From Fibrobacteria bacterium (lineage in GTDB: Bacteria; Fibrobacterota; Chitinivibrionia; Chitinivibrionales; FEN-1185): a stretch of 49,552 bases of DNA. The translations under genes were made by a program, and so were the position numbers. Numbering within the stretch: the first letter of the stretch is position 1; every line of letters begins with the position of its first letter. The DNA lies in contig JBBIGR010000040.1 in the NCBI GenBank assembly GCA_037447435.1, positions 1 through 49,552 of the forward strand, given 5' to 3'. The notes below the pieces were generated by a model. The model was not told the DNA's origin, did not search any database, and was given only the letters and a program-made list of their open reading frames with translations. Positions 28,000 to 38,663 of the stretch are shown here, in pieces.

Positions 28000-29064
28000 T
28001 TATTCCGTCTTTGAAAAAGTACTGCAATTCCACGGAATATCCGGGGAATAAAACAGCGCGTCGCCCCGCAGGGCCAGCGGCGAAACGATATTTTCTTCAA
28101 ACAGATTTCCCGTACTTAACCCCTGACGCATATTGTTCTGCAATGTAAATGTCCACTGCGCAATCGCGTTCAGGCCGATATTGGTTTCAAGCGAGGATGT
28201 TATCCACCAGCCGATGTTCAATTCCCGTGCCGCCGATATCCATTCCTCGCAACTTCGTATACCGCCAAGCAGGCCTGGTTTCAAAATTATATATTGCGGC
28301 AGTATGGTCTTAAGCAGGCGTCGTTTGTCGCCTAACGAATATACTCCGATGAGTTCTTCGTCAAGTGCGATCGGGACCGGGCTTGTCCTGCACAGCGAAG
28401 CCATTGCCTCGTATTGTAAGGGTTTTATCGGTTGTTCGATGCTGTGGATATGCAATGAAGCAAGTTTCTCCAGAATACCTGCTGCCTGCGAAAATGAAAA
28501 AGCGCCGTTCGCATCCACCCGCAATTCCAGATCGTTTTTCCCGAACTCCCTGCGCAAACTGCTCAGCAGTCCGAATTCTTCTTCAAAATCAATTGCCCCT
28601 ATTTTAAATTTGAGGCATCCGAACCCTTCCTCAAGTTTCCGGGCTATTTGCCGCTTCATTCCCTCTTTCGTGTCCATCCAAATCAGCCCGTTTATCGGTA
28701 TCGATTTTTTACCTGATGTAAATTCGGAAGGATACAGGATTTTGTGCCCGTTGCATGCCAAATCGGCTCGCGCGGTTTCCAAGGCAAAGCCGATCGAAGG
28801 CCACTGAACCAAAAAATCGCGGGGAAGGGTTGAGCCGCTGTTTATCAGCGCAACGGTTTGTGCAACCTTGGCGTCAAAACCAAGAACATCGTCCGCACTG
28901 AGTCCGGAAAACAGTGAACACTCGCCTATACCGCGTTCCGAGGGGTTTGTTTCGGAAAAAAGGACAATAAAGGTCACCTGCTTTGTAAACAATGCCCCGC
29001 GCGAGGTGGTTGCCGGCCTTTTGAACCTGAATTCCTTTTTTACTCGTGCCGCTTTTAGCATCAT
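28000..29064 (-). CDS. menC: o-Succinylbenzoate synthase (enolase superfamily)
   Basis: KFKIG, RVDANG, SIEQP, IALDEEL, IILKP; ATGA overlap with the menA stop. Confidence 0.88.
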   Translation of the reverse strand: MMLKAARVKKEFRFKRPATTSRGALFTKQVTFIVLFSETNPSERGIGECSLFSGLSADDVLGFDAKVAQTVALINSGSTLPRDFLVQWPSIGFALETARADLACNGHKILYPSEFTSGKKSIPINGLIWMDTKEGMKRQIARKLEEGFGCLKFKIGAIDFEEEFGLLSSLRREFGKNDLELRVDANGAFSFSQAAGILEKLASLHIHSIEQPIKPLQYEAMASLCRTSPVPIALDEELIGVYSLGDKRRLLKTILPQYIILKPGLLGGIRSCEEWISAARELNIGWWITSSLETNIGLNAIAQWTFTLQNNMRQGLSTGNLFEENIVSPLALRGDALFYSPDIPWNCSTFSKTE

Positions 29065-29963
29065 ACAACCATGCTTATGCCGAACGCGATGGAAAAAACG
29101 AATGTGCAAAGCGCAAGATTTTTAAGCTCGCTATTGAATACATGGGCCGGCGGAACGGTGCGCGCAAGAATAATTGCGACATGACGGACAAAAAGCGGGA
29201 CCGTGACGACAAAACAAAAACGCCATATCGAATCGAAATGAGTCGCGCTGTAGACAAGCGATACAAACATCGAAAGCGAAATAAGACCGGCATGATACCG
29301 CGTCGCCGATCGTATGCCCATGCGGACCGCCAGCGTCTTCTTTCCCGAAGCGCTGTCGTTTTCCCTGTCCCGCATATTGTTCAGATTTAACACCCCGGCA
29401 CTTAAAAAACCCACGGCGCTTGCCGGTAGCAGCACCCAGGGGTCAAACAGATGCGCATGCAAAAAAGTCGTTCCCGCGACACCGACAATGCCGAAATAGA
29501 CAAACACGAACACGTCGCCCAGGCCCGCATAACCGTAGGGCTTTTTGCCCATCGTGTATTTGATCGCGGCAACGATTGCCGAAAGCCCGAGCAAGGAAAA
29601 GAAAACCGTTTCCCGGATATGCCCTGCCCCGAAACTCGCTGCTATCAACGACAAGCCCGACACAATGGCGCAAACCACGAATATCGCGATCATTGCCTTC
29701 ATGTGCGTCCGGGAAACCAACCCTTTTTGCGTCACGCGCTGCGGTCCAAGCCTTTTTTCGTTGTCAACGCCGTGCTGCGCGTCACCGTAATCATTCGCCA
29801 AATTCGATACGATTTGCAAAAAAAGCGTCGTAAGCCCGGCAAATACAAAAACCTGCCACACGAACCGATGGATTGCCATAGCATAAAAACTCCCCACAAT
29901 AGTGCATGACAATGCCAAAGGAAGCGTGCGCAACCGAAAAGCCTGTATCCAGATTTTAACCAT
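29061..29963 (-). CDS. menA: 1,4-dihydroxy-2-naphthoate octaprenyltransferase
   Basis: RLRTLPL, NLANDYGD...GVD, NLNNMRD...D...GKKTLAVR. Confidence 0.93.
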   Translation of the reverse strand: MVKIWIQAFRLRTLPLALSCTIVGSFYAMAIHRFVWQVFVFAGLTTLFLQIVSNLANDYGDAQHGVDNEKRLGPQRVTQKGLVSRTHMKAMIAIFVVCAIVSGLSLIAASFGAGHIRETVFFSLLGLSAIVAAIKYTMGKKPYGYAGLGDVFVFVYFGIVGVAGTTFLHAHLFDPWVLLPASAVGFLSAGVLNLNNMRDRENDSASGKKTLAVRMGIRSATRYHAGLISLSMFVSLVYSATHFDSIWRFCFVVTVPLFVRHVAIILARTVPPAHVFNSELKNLALCTFVFSIAFGISMVV

Positions 29964-29974
29964 ACGATTTATTT

Positions 29975-30799
29975 TTAGGGAAATTTCGGGTACTTGCCGA
30001 AATCCGGCTTACGTTTTTCCAAAAACGCCTTCTTGCCTTCCTGCGCTTCTTCGGTCATATAATACAGCATGGTCGCGTTTCCGGCAAGTTCCTGAATTCC
30101 CGCTTGTCCATCGAGTTCCGCGTTCAGGCCGGCCTTGATCATTCGGAGGGCGAGCGGGCTGTGCTGCATGATTTTTTTGCTCCACGCCACAGTCTCGTCT
30201 TCGAGCATTGCAAGCGGCACGACCTTGTTGACAAGTCCCATGGCAAGCGCGTCCTGCGCCGAGTACTGTTCGCACAAGAACCAAATTTCCCGCGCCTTTT
30301 TCTGTCCCACTACCCGCGCAAGATACGAAGCGCCGAATCCGGCGTCAAAGCTGCCCACCCGGGGACCGGTTTGGCCGAAACGAGCATTGTCCGATGCAAT
30401 GGTAAGATCGCATACCACGTGCAGCACGTGCCCGCCTCCTATCGCGTATCCGTTGACCATGGCGATAACCGGCTTGGGAATGGACCTGATTTGTTTTTGT
30501 AAATCAAGAATGTTGAGCCGCGGGACCCCGTCTTTGCCGATGTATCCGGCAAGGCTTTTTTTGTTTTGGTCTCCACCGCTGCAAAACGCGGTATCGCCGG
30601 CACCCGTGAGCACGACGACCGAAATGTCCGCATTTTCACGGCAATGCGTCATTGCATCGCACAGTTGTTTGGTCGTATCGGGCGTAAACGCATTGCGGTA
30701 TCGGGGCCTGTTTATGGTTATTTTCGCGATGCCTTCATAAAATTCAAACAGGATTTCGTCGTAGTCATTCAATTTTGTCCAAATTCTTTTGGTTTCCAT
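29975..30799 (-). CDS. menB: 1,4-dihydroxy-2-naphthoyl-CoA synthase
   Basis: [42 protein letters not shown]; likely start ATG 30799 (ORF open to 30826). Confidence 0.96.
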   Translation of the reverse strand: METKRIWTKLNDYDEILFEFYEGIAKITINRPRYRNAFTPDTTKQLCDAMTHCRENADISVVVLTGAGDTAFCSGGDQNKKSLAGYIGKDGVPRLNILDLQKQIRSIPKPVIAMVNGYAIGGGHVLHVVCDLTIASDNARFGQTGPRVGSFDAGFGASYLARVVGQKKAREIWFLCEQYSAQDALAMGLVNKVVPLAMLEDETVAWSKKIMQHSPLALRMIKAGLNAELDGQAGIQELAGNATMLYYMTEEAQEGKKAFLEKRKPDFGKYPKFP

Positions 30800-30825
30800 T
30801 GCGTCTCTTTCCTGTAAAACCGGCA

Positions 30826-32502
30826 TTATCGTTCCGGCATTCCCATGATTTTTTTAAAAACGGCTGTATTGATTTGCGGTACTGTGGCTATTTCAAGAAC
30901 CGCCGCGGTATCGCTTTTCGCAAAGAATTTCGGTATAGCGTCCTGCAGGTCTTTTTCGGACTCGGCGAAAAAATACCGCACGCCGAACGCCTCGGAAAGT
31001 TTTTTGAGGTCAACCGGATGGCTGGCCACCATGTAATTCTTATATGGTAATTGTTGCAGCGGAGCGCCGATGAGGTCAAAGATCCCGCCGCCCTTATTAT
31101 TGATAACCGCGATCCGAAGATTTGCAGGTAATACTCTGTTCCAAAGCCCGTTGGAATCATAGACAAAGCTCAAGTCGCCCACGAGGCATACGGTCAATGC
31201 GCCGGACGCAAAAGCCAATCCCGCCGCGGTGGAAACGCTGCCGTCGATACCCGAAACGCCGCGGTTCGAAAAACAAACGGCTTCGGCGCCCCTATCGCAT
31301 AATTGGGAATACCGTATGATACTGCTGTTGCCGAGTGCAAGAACCGATTCATGGGGCAGGTTTTTTTGCAAAAAGGAAACTGCGGCAAAATCCGAGAACA
31401 GACAATTTTTCGCCGTAATGTCCCGAAACGCTATTCCATTTTTAAGCGCGCCAATCCAGGGTTCATTATAGCAATCGGTATCGTTTTTTTGCGGCAAAGC
31501 GCAAAGCGCGGAATAGCAATCGTTCGGCGACAGGGGCAAAACCGTTGCGGCATGTTGAAACGTGTCGATTATCCCGTCGTCCAAGCCGATGCGCCAGCAA
31601 TTTTGTATGTCAAGCGCTCGTAAATATGTTTTCAATTTTTTCGATACGATCTGACCGCCCGAATAAACCAGCAGGTCCGGGCACGTCAACACAACCTGTC
31701 CGCAATGGGCAAGCATCAGTTCCGGATTCGCGATTATTTTTTCGTCGCGCACATTTGCGATGTTCTCCGCAATAATCGTTACGCGGGAATCTTTTGAAAG
31801 ACGTTTTAAAGATTCGGCAACGCCCGACTGCGGGCTGTCTTGTCCGTGAATTATCAGGATTTTTTGGGCTTTCTGCCATTGCGCCCGTAATTCATTGGTA
31901 AGCACCGTCGCATGCTGCGGCCCGGCCGAATCGATGATCCTTACTTTCTTCGAAACCGGCGGTAACGGCTCATATAACGGTTCCGATAGCGGTACGTTGA
32001 TATGCACCGGGCCTGTGCCACAAAAACCCCTGCAACTGTTGATTGCGTCGTTTATTTCCCGATGAGCATGCCAAAGATCGTCGTCGTTATTTATTTGACA
32101 AGGCAATTCGCAGCTTTTCCGGATGTAATTGTCGTAGACGTCGCGTTGACGTATGGTTTGATTGTCCTGCTGGCCGATCCAGGCGACGGGACGGTCGGCG
32201 GTCACGGCGATAAGCGGCACTTTTTGATAATAAGCTTCCGCAAGCGCGGGTGCGAAGTTAAGGGCTGCCGAACCGGAGCTGCATATAAGCACGACGGGCT
32301 TATTGGAGTAATTCGCTACGCCGAGCGCAAAAAAAGCCGCACTTCGTTCATCGACAATGCTTATGCATTTGTCACCGAAACGGTGATAAAACGCGTCGAT
32401 AAGAGGTGCATTACGCGACCCCGGCGAAACGACGACGGTCTCTATTCCTTTACGGAAGCATATCTCCGCGAAATCGACGATGTGTTGTCTGTAATGCGGC
32501 AT
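30826..32502 (-). CDS. menD: SEPHCHC synthase (thiamine diphosphate-dependent)
   Basis: [63 protein letters not shown]. Confidence 0.95.
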   Translation of the reverse strand: MPHYRQHIVDFAEICFRKGIETVVVSPGSRNAPLIDAFYHRFGDKCISIVDERSAAFFALGVANYSNKPVVLICSSGSAALNFAPALAEAYYQKVPLIAVTADRPVAWIGQQDNQTIRQRDVYDNYIRKSCELPCQINNDDDLWHAHREINDAINSCRGFCGTGPVHINVPLSEPLYEPLPPVSKKVRIIDSAGPQHATVLTNELRAQWQKAQKILIIHGQDSPQSGVAESLKRLSKDSRVTIIAENIANVRDEKIIANPELMLAHCGQVVLTCPDLLVYSGGQIVSKKLKTYLRALDIQNCWRIGLDDGIIDTFQHAATVLPLSPNDCYSALCALPQKNDTDCYNEPWIGALKNGIAFRDITAKNCLFSDFAAVSFLQKNLPHESVLALGNSSIIRYSQLCDRGAEAVCFSNRGVSGIDGSVSTAAGLAFASGALTVCLVGDLSFVYDSNGLWNRVLPANLRIAVINNKGGGIFDLIGAPLQQLPYKNYMVASHPVDLKKLSEAFGVRYFFAESEKDLQDAIPKFFAKSDTAAVLEIATVPQINTAVFKKIMGMPER

Positions 32503-33603
32503 TTACGACGCCTCCCGCACTGCAGCGAGCAGGGTTTCGGCCTTTAATTCGGTTTCCTCCCATTCATCCCGGACAACCGATTCCGAAGTCAAGCCGCCGC
32601 CGACGAACAGCGCGACCTCCCGGTCAAATACCTTCATACAGCGAAGGTTGACAAAAAGGTTCAAACCCGCATCAAATCCGACCGGGCCTAAAAACCCGGC
32701 GTAAAATTCGCGGTCATGGCTCTCAACTGTTTTGATCAATGTCAGGGACTTTTCCTTTGGAATTCCGCACACTGCCGCGGTCGGATGCAACGCGTTGATG
32801 AATGCGTTTAAATGCAAAGCAACCGATTCAAAAGGAAAACCGAAACTGGTGCATAAATGAAGCACATTGCCGGCCCGTTTTACAAAGGGACCGTTTTTCG
32901 TACAATCGCTTATGTTAAAATCCGATAGTATCGCTTCGATCTGTTTCGTCACGATTTCCTGCTCCAGCCGCTGCTTATTGTTCCAATGCTCCACGGATTT
33001 GTTCGATTCGTGATACGGTCTGGTACCGGCAAGCGATACGGTGGTCATGCGGTTTCCCTCACTGCAAAGAAACGGCTCGGGCGTGGCACCGATCCAGCAT
33101 TGCCCTTTAACCCTAAATACGTATACAAACGCATCCGGATACAAGTCGCATAATCGGCCGAAAATTTCAGAGCCGTGAAAACCATTGCCCACTGTTGCGC
33201 ATTTGACGCGCGAGAGCACCACTTTCGAATATCCGCCGGCTTGTATTTCTTTAATTACCCTTTGGGCCTGCTGGAAAAACTCATCTTTCGGCGTTTCATG
33301 TGCCGCACAATCGATATTGTCAATCGACACTGGCGGACTAATTGAATTCAATTCGTCCATTTGCTCGACAGACGCACGATTTCGAATCGTTATATCCGGA
33401 TTAATAATGATGCGCCGCACGGCGCCGTGTTGCGCAAACGGCGCAATCACGAACCCTCCCCGACGCATGCAGCCGGCCAAATTATCGGCATAGTCCAGGC
33501 GATGGTCTTTTTGAATGACGGCAAAAACCTCGCGGGCGCCCGGTAACCGGTATGCCGCAAAGGTAAGATTGTTTTTCATGCAGGTCGAAACGACTTCTTC
33601 CAT
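32503..33603 (-). CDS. menF: Isochorismate synthase
   Basis: KVVLSR, GATPE, SLAGT, LHPTAAVCG.P, R.FYAGFLG, FVNLRC, VGGGLT. Confidence 0.9.
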   Translation of the reverse strand: MEEVVSTCMKNNLTFAAYRLPGAREVFAVIQKDHRLDYADNLAGCMRRGGFVIAPFAQHGAVRRIIINPDITIRNRASVEQMDELNSISPPVSIDNIDCAAHETPKDEFFQQAQRVIKEIQAGGYSKVVLSRVKCATVGNGFHGSEIFGRLCDLYPDAFVYVFRVKGQCWIGATPEPFLCSEGNRMTTVSLAGTRPYHESNKSVEHWNNKQRLEQEIVTKQIEAILSDFNISDCTKNGPFVKRAGNVLHLCTSFGFPFESVALHLNAFINALHPTAAVCGIPKEKSLTLIKTVESHDREFYAGFLGPVGFDAGLNLFVNLRCMKVFDREVALFVGGGLTSESVVRDEWEETELKAETLLAAVREAS

Positions 33604-34019
33604 TATTTTTCCACTGTCTTTTTCTCAAGAACGCTCATGGTGACGCGCGCAACGGAAATGAGCCGATTATCGTCCGATGTCATCGTAACGTTCCACACAT
33701 GGGTCGAACGGCCATTATGTTCGATACGCGCGTTTGCAAACAAAATCCCTTTACCCATGGTGGCGATATGGTTGCCGCTTACCTGCAAACCGAACGTCAC
33801 GAACTTGTTTCTGTCAATAATCAGCAAAGAACCGCAACTTGCCGCGGTTTCGGCAAGTGCAAGCGAGACGCCGCCATGCAGGACTCCGAACGGCTGCATT
33901 TTTGTTTCGTCAATTTCCATTTTCGCTTCAACATGGCCGTTACCCGCCTTGGTGAACTCAATGCCGAGATGTTCGATGAACGTTCCCCGGCAAATTTTGT
34001 GTATCTCGTCCAAATTCAT
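33603..34019 (-). CDS. menI: Hotdog-fold thioesterase (DHNA-CoA hydrolase)
   Basis: QPFGVLHGG.S.ALAET; located within the men cluster. Confidence 0.82.
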   Translation of the reverse strand: MNLDEIHKICRGTFIEHLGIEFTKAGNGHVEAKMEIDETKMQPFGVLHGGVSLALAETAASCGSLLIIDRNKFVTFGLQVSGNHIATMGKGILFANARIEHNGRSTHVWNVTMTSDDNRLISVARVTMSVLEKKTVEK

Positions 34020-34774
34020 ACGTAATTTTCCTTATGGACCAACGAGTTTTGTTGTTTTTTTATTGCAACGATCAAATGAACCGCACCGAAAAAATATTCT
34101 TTTACGGTCACGATGGCGAAACCTTTTTCTTGGAGTGTTTTTTCGATTTCGGAACGGGTACGAAATCGGCTCGACGAACGCGCCAGATACGCGTATGCTT
34201 TCCAGTCTCCCGAAATTATCCCGCCCAAGGGGACCAGAAAAAGGTACAGAAATAAAGCATGGAATATTTTTATTATTCGTGAAGATGGGATGCCGCTCTC
34301 GAGAACGACCATTTTCCCGCCGTCCCTCACGACCCGGCACATTTCGCCAAGCCGTTTCTTGGCAAGGGGATTCTCAAAAACAAGGTTGCGTATGCCGAAC
34401 CCTATGGTCAAGCAATCAAAGGAACAATCGCTAAAAGGCATTTCTCCCGCATCGCCCTGCACGAGCCGGATCCTGTCCAAACCCCTGTTCCCCAGTTTTG
34501 TTTTTGCCAACGACAGCATGGCGCGGCTGAAATCGTATCCCGTAATGTTCGATTGTTTTTTTGTCCGCATGCTCGCGCCGATCAGCAAATCCCCCGTACC
34601 GCAGCAAACGTCAAGAACTTCTTCCGGATCATCTTCCATACATGCGACAGCGGCATCGGCTCGCCAGGCAATGTCCCTGCCAAAGGTGAAGAGTCTGTTG
34701 ACGATATCATAACGATTATGAATATTGGAATAATAATCAAGCAGGCGGTTCTGAGTTTTTTTTGAAACAGTCAT
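34016..34774 (-). CDS. menG: Demethylmenaquinone methyltransferase (UbiE/MenG)
   Basis: YDIVNRLFTFG.D..WR, LDVCCGTGD, DFS.AML, FGIRN, AY.YL..S. Confidence 0.9.
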   Translation of the reverse strand: MTVSKKTQNRLLDYYSNIHNRYDIVNRLFTFGRDIAWRADAAVACMEDDPEEVLDVCCGTGDLLIGASMRTKKQSNITGYDFSRAMLSLAKTKLGNRGLDRIRLVQGDAGEMPFSDCSFDCLTIGFGIRNLVFENPLAKKRLGEMCRVVRDGGKMVVLESGIPSSRIIKIFHALFLYLFLVPLGGIISGDWKAYAYLARSSSRFRTRSEIEKTLQEKGFAIVTVKEYFFGAVHLIVAIKKQQNSLVHKENYV

Positions 34775-35002
34775 GTGTCCGATGCAGGTCCCTTGAGCGG
34801 AATGGAGAATTACGCGTTTTTTTTCACTATATAGAATATATGTTTTTCAGCTTCCCATGCGGGTAAAAACCAATAACCGCGGCACAGTTCCGGCGAAGCA
34901 GGAAAAAAAACGCTTTGTCCCCATAATCCGGCGATGCGGAAAAGGTATATTATCAATCAATTCATATTTTGACATTTAAAGGTAATTATCCGGGAGGACA
35001 TC

Positions 35003-35437
35003 ATGACCAAACAGGAAATTTTTGAAGTCATCAATGCAAATCCGGCATTCCAACTTGCTACCGTAGAAGGCGACCAGCCAAGGGTACGCGGAATGTTTTT
35101 ATTCTGTGCCGATGAAAACGGTATCGTTTTCCACACCGGCATAATGAAAGACGTATACAGACAAATACAGGCAAATCCGAAGGTAGAACTCTGTTTTTTC
35201 GACCCCAAGCGTAGTTTACAGGTCAGAGTAACCGGAAAACTGGAGCAAATCACCGATACGGATTACAAAGACAAAATCTGCGCGCATCCGAGCCGCGCGT
35301 TTCTTAAGGGCTGGCGTGAAAGCGGCGCGATTGAAAACTTTTATAAAAGTTTTATCGTGTATACGCTTAAAAACGGCTCAGCGGTCTGCTGGACAATGAA
35401 GGACAATTTCGCGCCCAAACAACCGGTAACGTTGTAG
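35003..35437 (+). CDS. Pyridoxamine 5'-phosphate oxidase-family FMN-binding protein
   Basis: LATVEGDQPRVR, F.T...K..Y.QI.ANPKVELCF, QVRV.G; GGAGG ribosome-binding site. Confidence 0.85.
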   Translation: MTKQEIFEVINANPAFQLATVEGDQPRVRGMFLFCADENGIVFHTGIMKDVYRQIQANPKVELCFFDPKRSLQVRVTGKLEQITDTDYKDKICAHPSRAFLKGWRESGAIENFYKSFIVYTLKNGSAVCWTMKDNFAPKQPVTL

Positions 35438-35438
35438 T

Positions 35439-36677
35439 GTGCGTTCGTACGGCTCAATAACCGTTGTATCGGCCATAGCTTTTTCGCTTTTGTTTTCCTG
35501 TATTTTTCCCCCAAGGGATCGCGACAGCGAGAACACCGACTATCTTTTTTATTATAAACCGGTTGCTCAATCCATCCTGAACAACAGCTATTTCGATAGC
35601 TCGGTTCCCCATAGTCAAAGCGAATTCAGGTATCCGCCCGGTTTTTCGGTTACGCTTGCGGGAATTTTTCTAGCAGCAAAGGCCTCGCATGTGCCGTCCA
35701 ACCTTCTGTACAGGATTTTCGCTTTGATTTGCGCGGCAATTTCCGCCGCAGTGGTATTCAAATTGGCAACGGCCTTCTGGTCGAATCGAATTGCGATGGT
35801 CGTTGCTCTGGTCTGGGCATCGTATCCGTTATGGTTGTGGAGCCTTAATCAACCGGCATCGGAAACGCCGTTTGTCCCGCTGCTGATTTGCTCCATTCTT
35901 CAACTTAAAACCCTTTGCAAGGATCCCAAACACGCATTTGTCAAATCCGCGTTCCTTGGTCTGCTATACGGCGTATTGATGCTCATCCGGCCCATAGCGT
36001 TTTTATTGCCCGTGCTCGGAGCGGTTATCATGCTCGTTTCGCCCGGGTATTCCAAAGCCCGCACACGTATATCAATGGCTTTATTAACAATAACGACCGC
36101 ATGCATTGTGGTTGCGCCGTGGGAATTATGGCTGCGCTCACAGACCGGTACCTTCCAGGTCCTTTCGAATAACGGGGCATATGCCCTTTACGACGGTTTG
36201 ACGTATGCGTATTTAACCGATGACTTTAGGCAGCCCATTGCCGTGCCCAAGGATGTCGCCGAAACCATGGGCCGCATTCACGAACATTGCGTGATGTCCT
36301 TGAGCAAACATTCGCTTGCCGAGGTTCTGACGCTGGAAATCAGACACGCGCCTGTTGCGCTCTGTAAACTTGCCGTAATCAAACTGCACCGCTGTTGGTA
36401 TGCAACAAATAGTCATAAGCGCGAGATATGGATTCTTGCACTTCAGGCCGTGCTGCTTATTCCGTGCGTATCGGGAATGGTTTTATTCTTTAAAAAACAG
36501 AAGGAAAACAAGGACGTATCGTGGATACTCATCATCCACGTGCTGTATTTTTGGGGGGTTACCTTCCTTGCATTGTCTACGGTTCGCTATATGGTGCCGA
36601 TCATGCCGCTCCTGTTTGTATTTCTCCCCGGCAATTTCTATTTAGTAAACAAGCAGATGATATGTAATAAGGATTAA
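35439..36677 (+). CDS. GT-C fold (ArnT/PMT-like) membrane glycosyltransferase
   Basis: Multi-TM protein with YPPGF, SETPF, LIRP, PW..R and RYMVP motifs. Confidence 0.7.
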   Translation: MRSYGSITVVSAIAFSLLFSCIFPPRDRDSENTDYLFYYKPVAQSILNNSYFDSSVPHSQSEFRYPPGFSVTLAGIFLAAKASHVPSNLLYRIFALICAAISAAVVFKLATAFWSNRIAMVVALVWASYPLWLWSLNQPASETPFVPLLICSILQLKTLCKDPKHAFVKSAFLGLLYGVLMLIRPIAFLLPVLGAVIMLVSPGYSKARTRISMALLTITTACIVVAPWELWLRSQTGTFQVLSNNGAYALYDGLTYAYLTDDFRQPIAVPKDVAETMGRIHEHCVMSLSKHSLAEVLTLEIRHAPVALCKLAVIKLHRCWYATNSHKREIWILALQAVLLIPCVSGMVLFFKKQKENKDVSWILIIHVLYFWGVTFLALSTVRYMVPIMPLLFVFLPGNFYLVNKQMICNKD

Positions 36678-36739
36678 CGGGGCTGCCGCCGTTTCAATCT
36701 AAGGACAGTGGCCGCTGTTTGAGTTACATGAACCGATGA

Positions 36740-37543
36740 TTAAAACTGCAAGGATATCGAATTTCCCGATGTGACAACCGCCATTTTTCCCGTGCCGATG
36801 CGGATTCTTTTTTCATTAAAAAAGTACATGCCTGCGGCAATAACAGCCCCGGACATACCGCCGACAATCACGTCTATCGGCTCATGCAAATTGTCATGCA
36901 CTCTGGTATACGAAACGTAGGTGGCAAATGCGCAGGACGCGGCGGATAAGGGGACTTTCCAAAACAGCGCGCGCGTTTGGTCGGCTTCGACATTTTTAAA
37001 AAGAAAGAGGCTAAAATAGGTTGCCATGCCAAAACTTATCGATGCCTGTCCCGAATAGAATGATTTGCTCAAATCATTGATATCGACACTTTCCCCTTCA
37101 TTGTACAAATTCATGCCGGAGTCATAGTTGGGCCTTTTTTTCCCCACTGCGTGTTTTACGATTTCATTTATCAACGGTATCACGGCAAACGACGATTCCA
37201 AGAACCCTTTCACATGCGTATACGCCTCAAAATTCATCGTGCCGCCCGCATTGGGCGAAAAACCGATTCCTCCGGCCATTGCAAGGCCTACCGGATACAG
37301 CCAGACGTCGCTCACGGTTTCTGTTTTGTATATTCCGTGGGTGCTTGTCCGCAACAAGGGATGATCGGTCCATACCGGCGATTTGCTCAAATAGAATTCG
37401 GTAACCGCAGCTGCTGCCGCGGCTGCGCCTAATTCGAGTATTTCGTTTTTCACGGTCGTGTGCGCCATTATGTCGGCGACATCTCCCCACGAAAGAGAGA
37501 TTACCGTTATCAATAGGATCTGGACTGTTTTATATTTTTTCAT
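36740..37543 (-). CDS. PAP2-superfamily phosphatase
   Basis: KHAVGKKRP, SFYSGQ (variant of PSGH), TRVHDNLHEPIDV; start ATG 37543 overlaps the upstream stop. Confidence 0.8.
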   Translation of the reverse strand: MKKYKTVQILLITVISLSWGDVADIMAHTTVKNEILELGAAAAAAAVTEFYLSKSPVWTDHPLLRTSTHGIYKTETVSDVWLYPVGLAMAGGIGFSPNAGGTMNFEAYTHVKGFLESSFAVIPLINEIVKHAVGKKRPNYDSGMNLYNEGESVDINDLSKSFYSGQASISFGMATYFSLFLFKNVEADQTRALFWKVPLSAASCAFATYVSYTRVHDNLHEPIDVIVGGMSGAVIAAGMYFFNEKRIRIGTGKMAVVTSGNSISLQF

Positions 37544-38583
37544 CAATCGCACCAAATTTTGTGAATCGCAACATCGCTTTTCGCCTTAAAATATCTCATG
37601 ACCTGGCCACGTATTCCGCACTCTTGCGCAAACGGCCCAAGATCGGGACACGACATCAAATACAGGCGGCCTTTTTCATTCAGATGGTCGGGCAGCGCCT
37701 TCAATATTGCTTTAAGCAAAACGCCCCCGAAATCATACCGGTTCGGGTCCTCGATTTTTTTTTCTTCGGTCGCAAGCGGCGCCTCGAAAATGATCGCATC
37801 GTACTTTTTTGTAACCTTCGAAAATCCGTCGCTTACCCATGCCGAGACCAAACGGTCTGTTCCTGTCCGTCTACATGCCGCCGTCGTATTTGCCACCGCA
37901 AGCGGATTGATGTCTGTCGCGTCGACAAAAATCCCGTATTTCAATGCGATACATACCGCTTCCAATCCCGCGCCGGTCCCCAACACCAAGACGTCCTTGC
38001 AATCACCCAGATCCGGCAGCGATTCTTCCAAAAGGTTTTCGTCATACGGATTATTGTAATAGTACACGCTAGGAAACAGAGGAATTTCTACCACTTCGCC
38101 GAACTTTTCCAGGAACAAATCCTTGACAATCTTCAATTCCGGCTTTACATTCCAGTATATCCGGCAGTCCGATTGGCCGGTCAGCGGAGCGCTCACCCAG
38201 GTCGGTTCGAGAGAACAGAGTAAAAAAGCGGCCTCCCGGGAAAAGAAATCGGTTACTGCCTTTCGCAGGGCCGGTATCATCCACGTTTCATTTTCATACG
38301 AATCGAGGAGGAGCGTCGAATGACAAAAACGGACATCTTTTTCACCTTGTAAAAAAACAACGGAAAGCGGGTACACCTTTCCTTTTAACCGGTACCCAAA
38401 AACGACCGCTTTGTCGTTTAGAGCCCGGAACAGGGATGCGGCATGAGGATCGAGTTTGATCATGACATACTCGTCACCATGCGCCATATTGACACTCGGT
38501 AATTCGACGTTTAAGGCGTCCAGAAATAGCCGTATGTCTTTTTCCCGGTCCGATAATATTGCAGGATTAGTTGTATGTGGCAT
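37543..38583 (-). CDS. Class I SAM-dependent methyltransferase (HemK/MTS-like C-terminal domain)
   Basis: VLVLGTGAG, ATDINPLAV, SDGFS...KYDAIIF; unrecognised N-terminal domain of ~170 aa. Confidence 0.8.
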   Translation of the reverse strand: MPHTTNPAILSDREKDIRLFLDALNVELPSVNMAHGDEYVMIKLDPHAASLFRALNDKAVVFGYRLKGKVYPLSVVFLQGEKDVRFCHSTLLLDSYENETWMIPALRKAVTDFFSREAAFLLCSLEPTWVSAPLTGQSDCRIYWNVKPELKIVKDLFLEKFGEVVEIPLFPSVYYYNNPYDENLLEESLPDLGDCKDVLVLGTGAGLEAVCIALKYGIFVDATDINPLAVANTTAACRRTGTDRLVSAWVSDGFSKVTKKYDAIIFEAPLATEEKKIEDPNRYDFGGVLLKAILKALPDHLNEKGRLYLMSCPDLGPFAQECGIRGQVMRYFKAKSDVAIHKIWCD

Positions 38584-38663
38584 CTTTTATTAATATACTC
38601 TCTTGTATTCCATCCGCTATTGCTGTAGCATTAATTACACGGGTTAACAAGGAGCAAATACCT

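Noticed and set aside
26899..34434. Long plus-strand ORFs (247, 224, 201, 181 and 265 aa) over the men cluster
   Set aside because: Antisense shadows of conserved men genes
34775..35002. Riboswitch or ncRNA upstream of the men operon
   Set aside because: No recognisable aptamer motif or strong terminator structure
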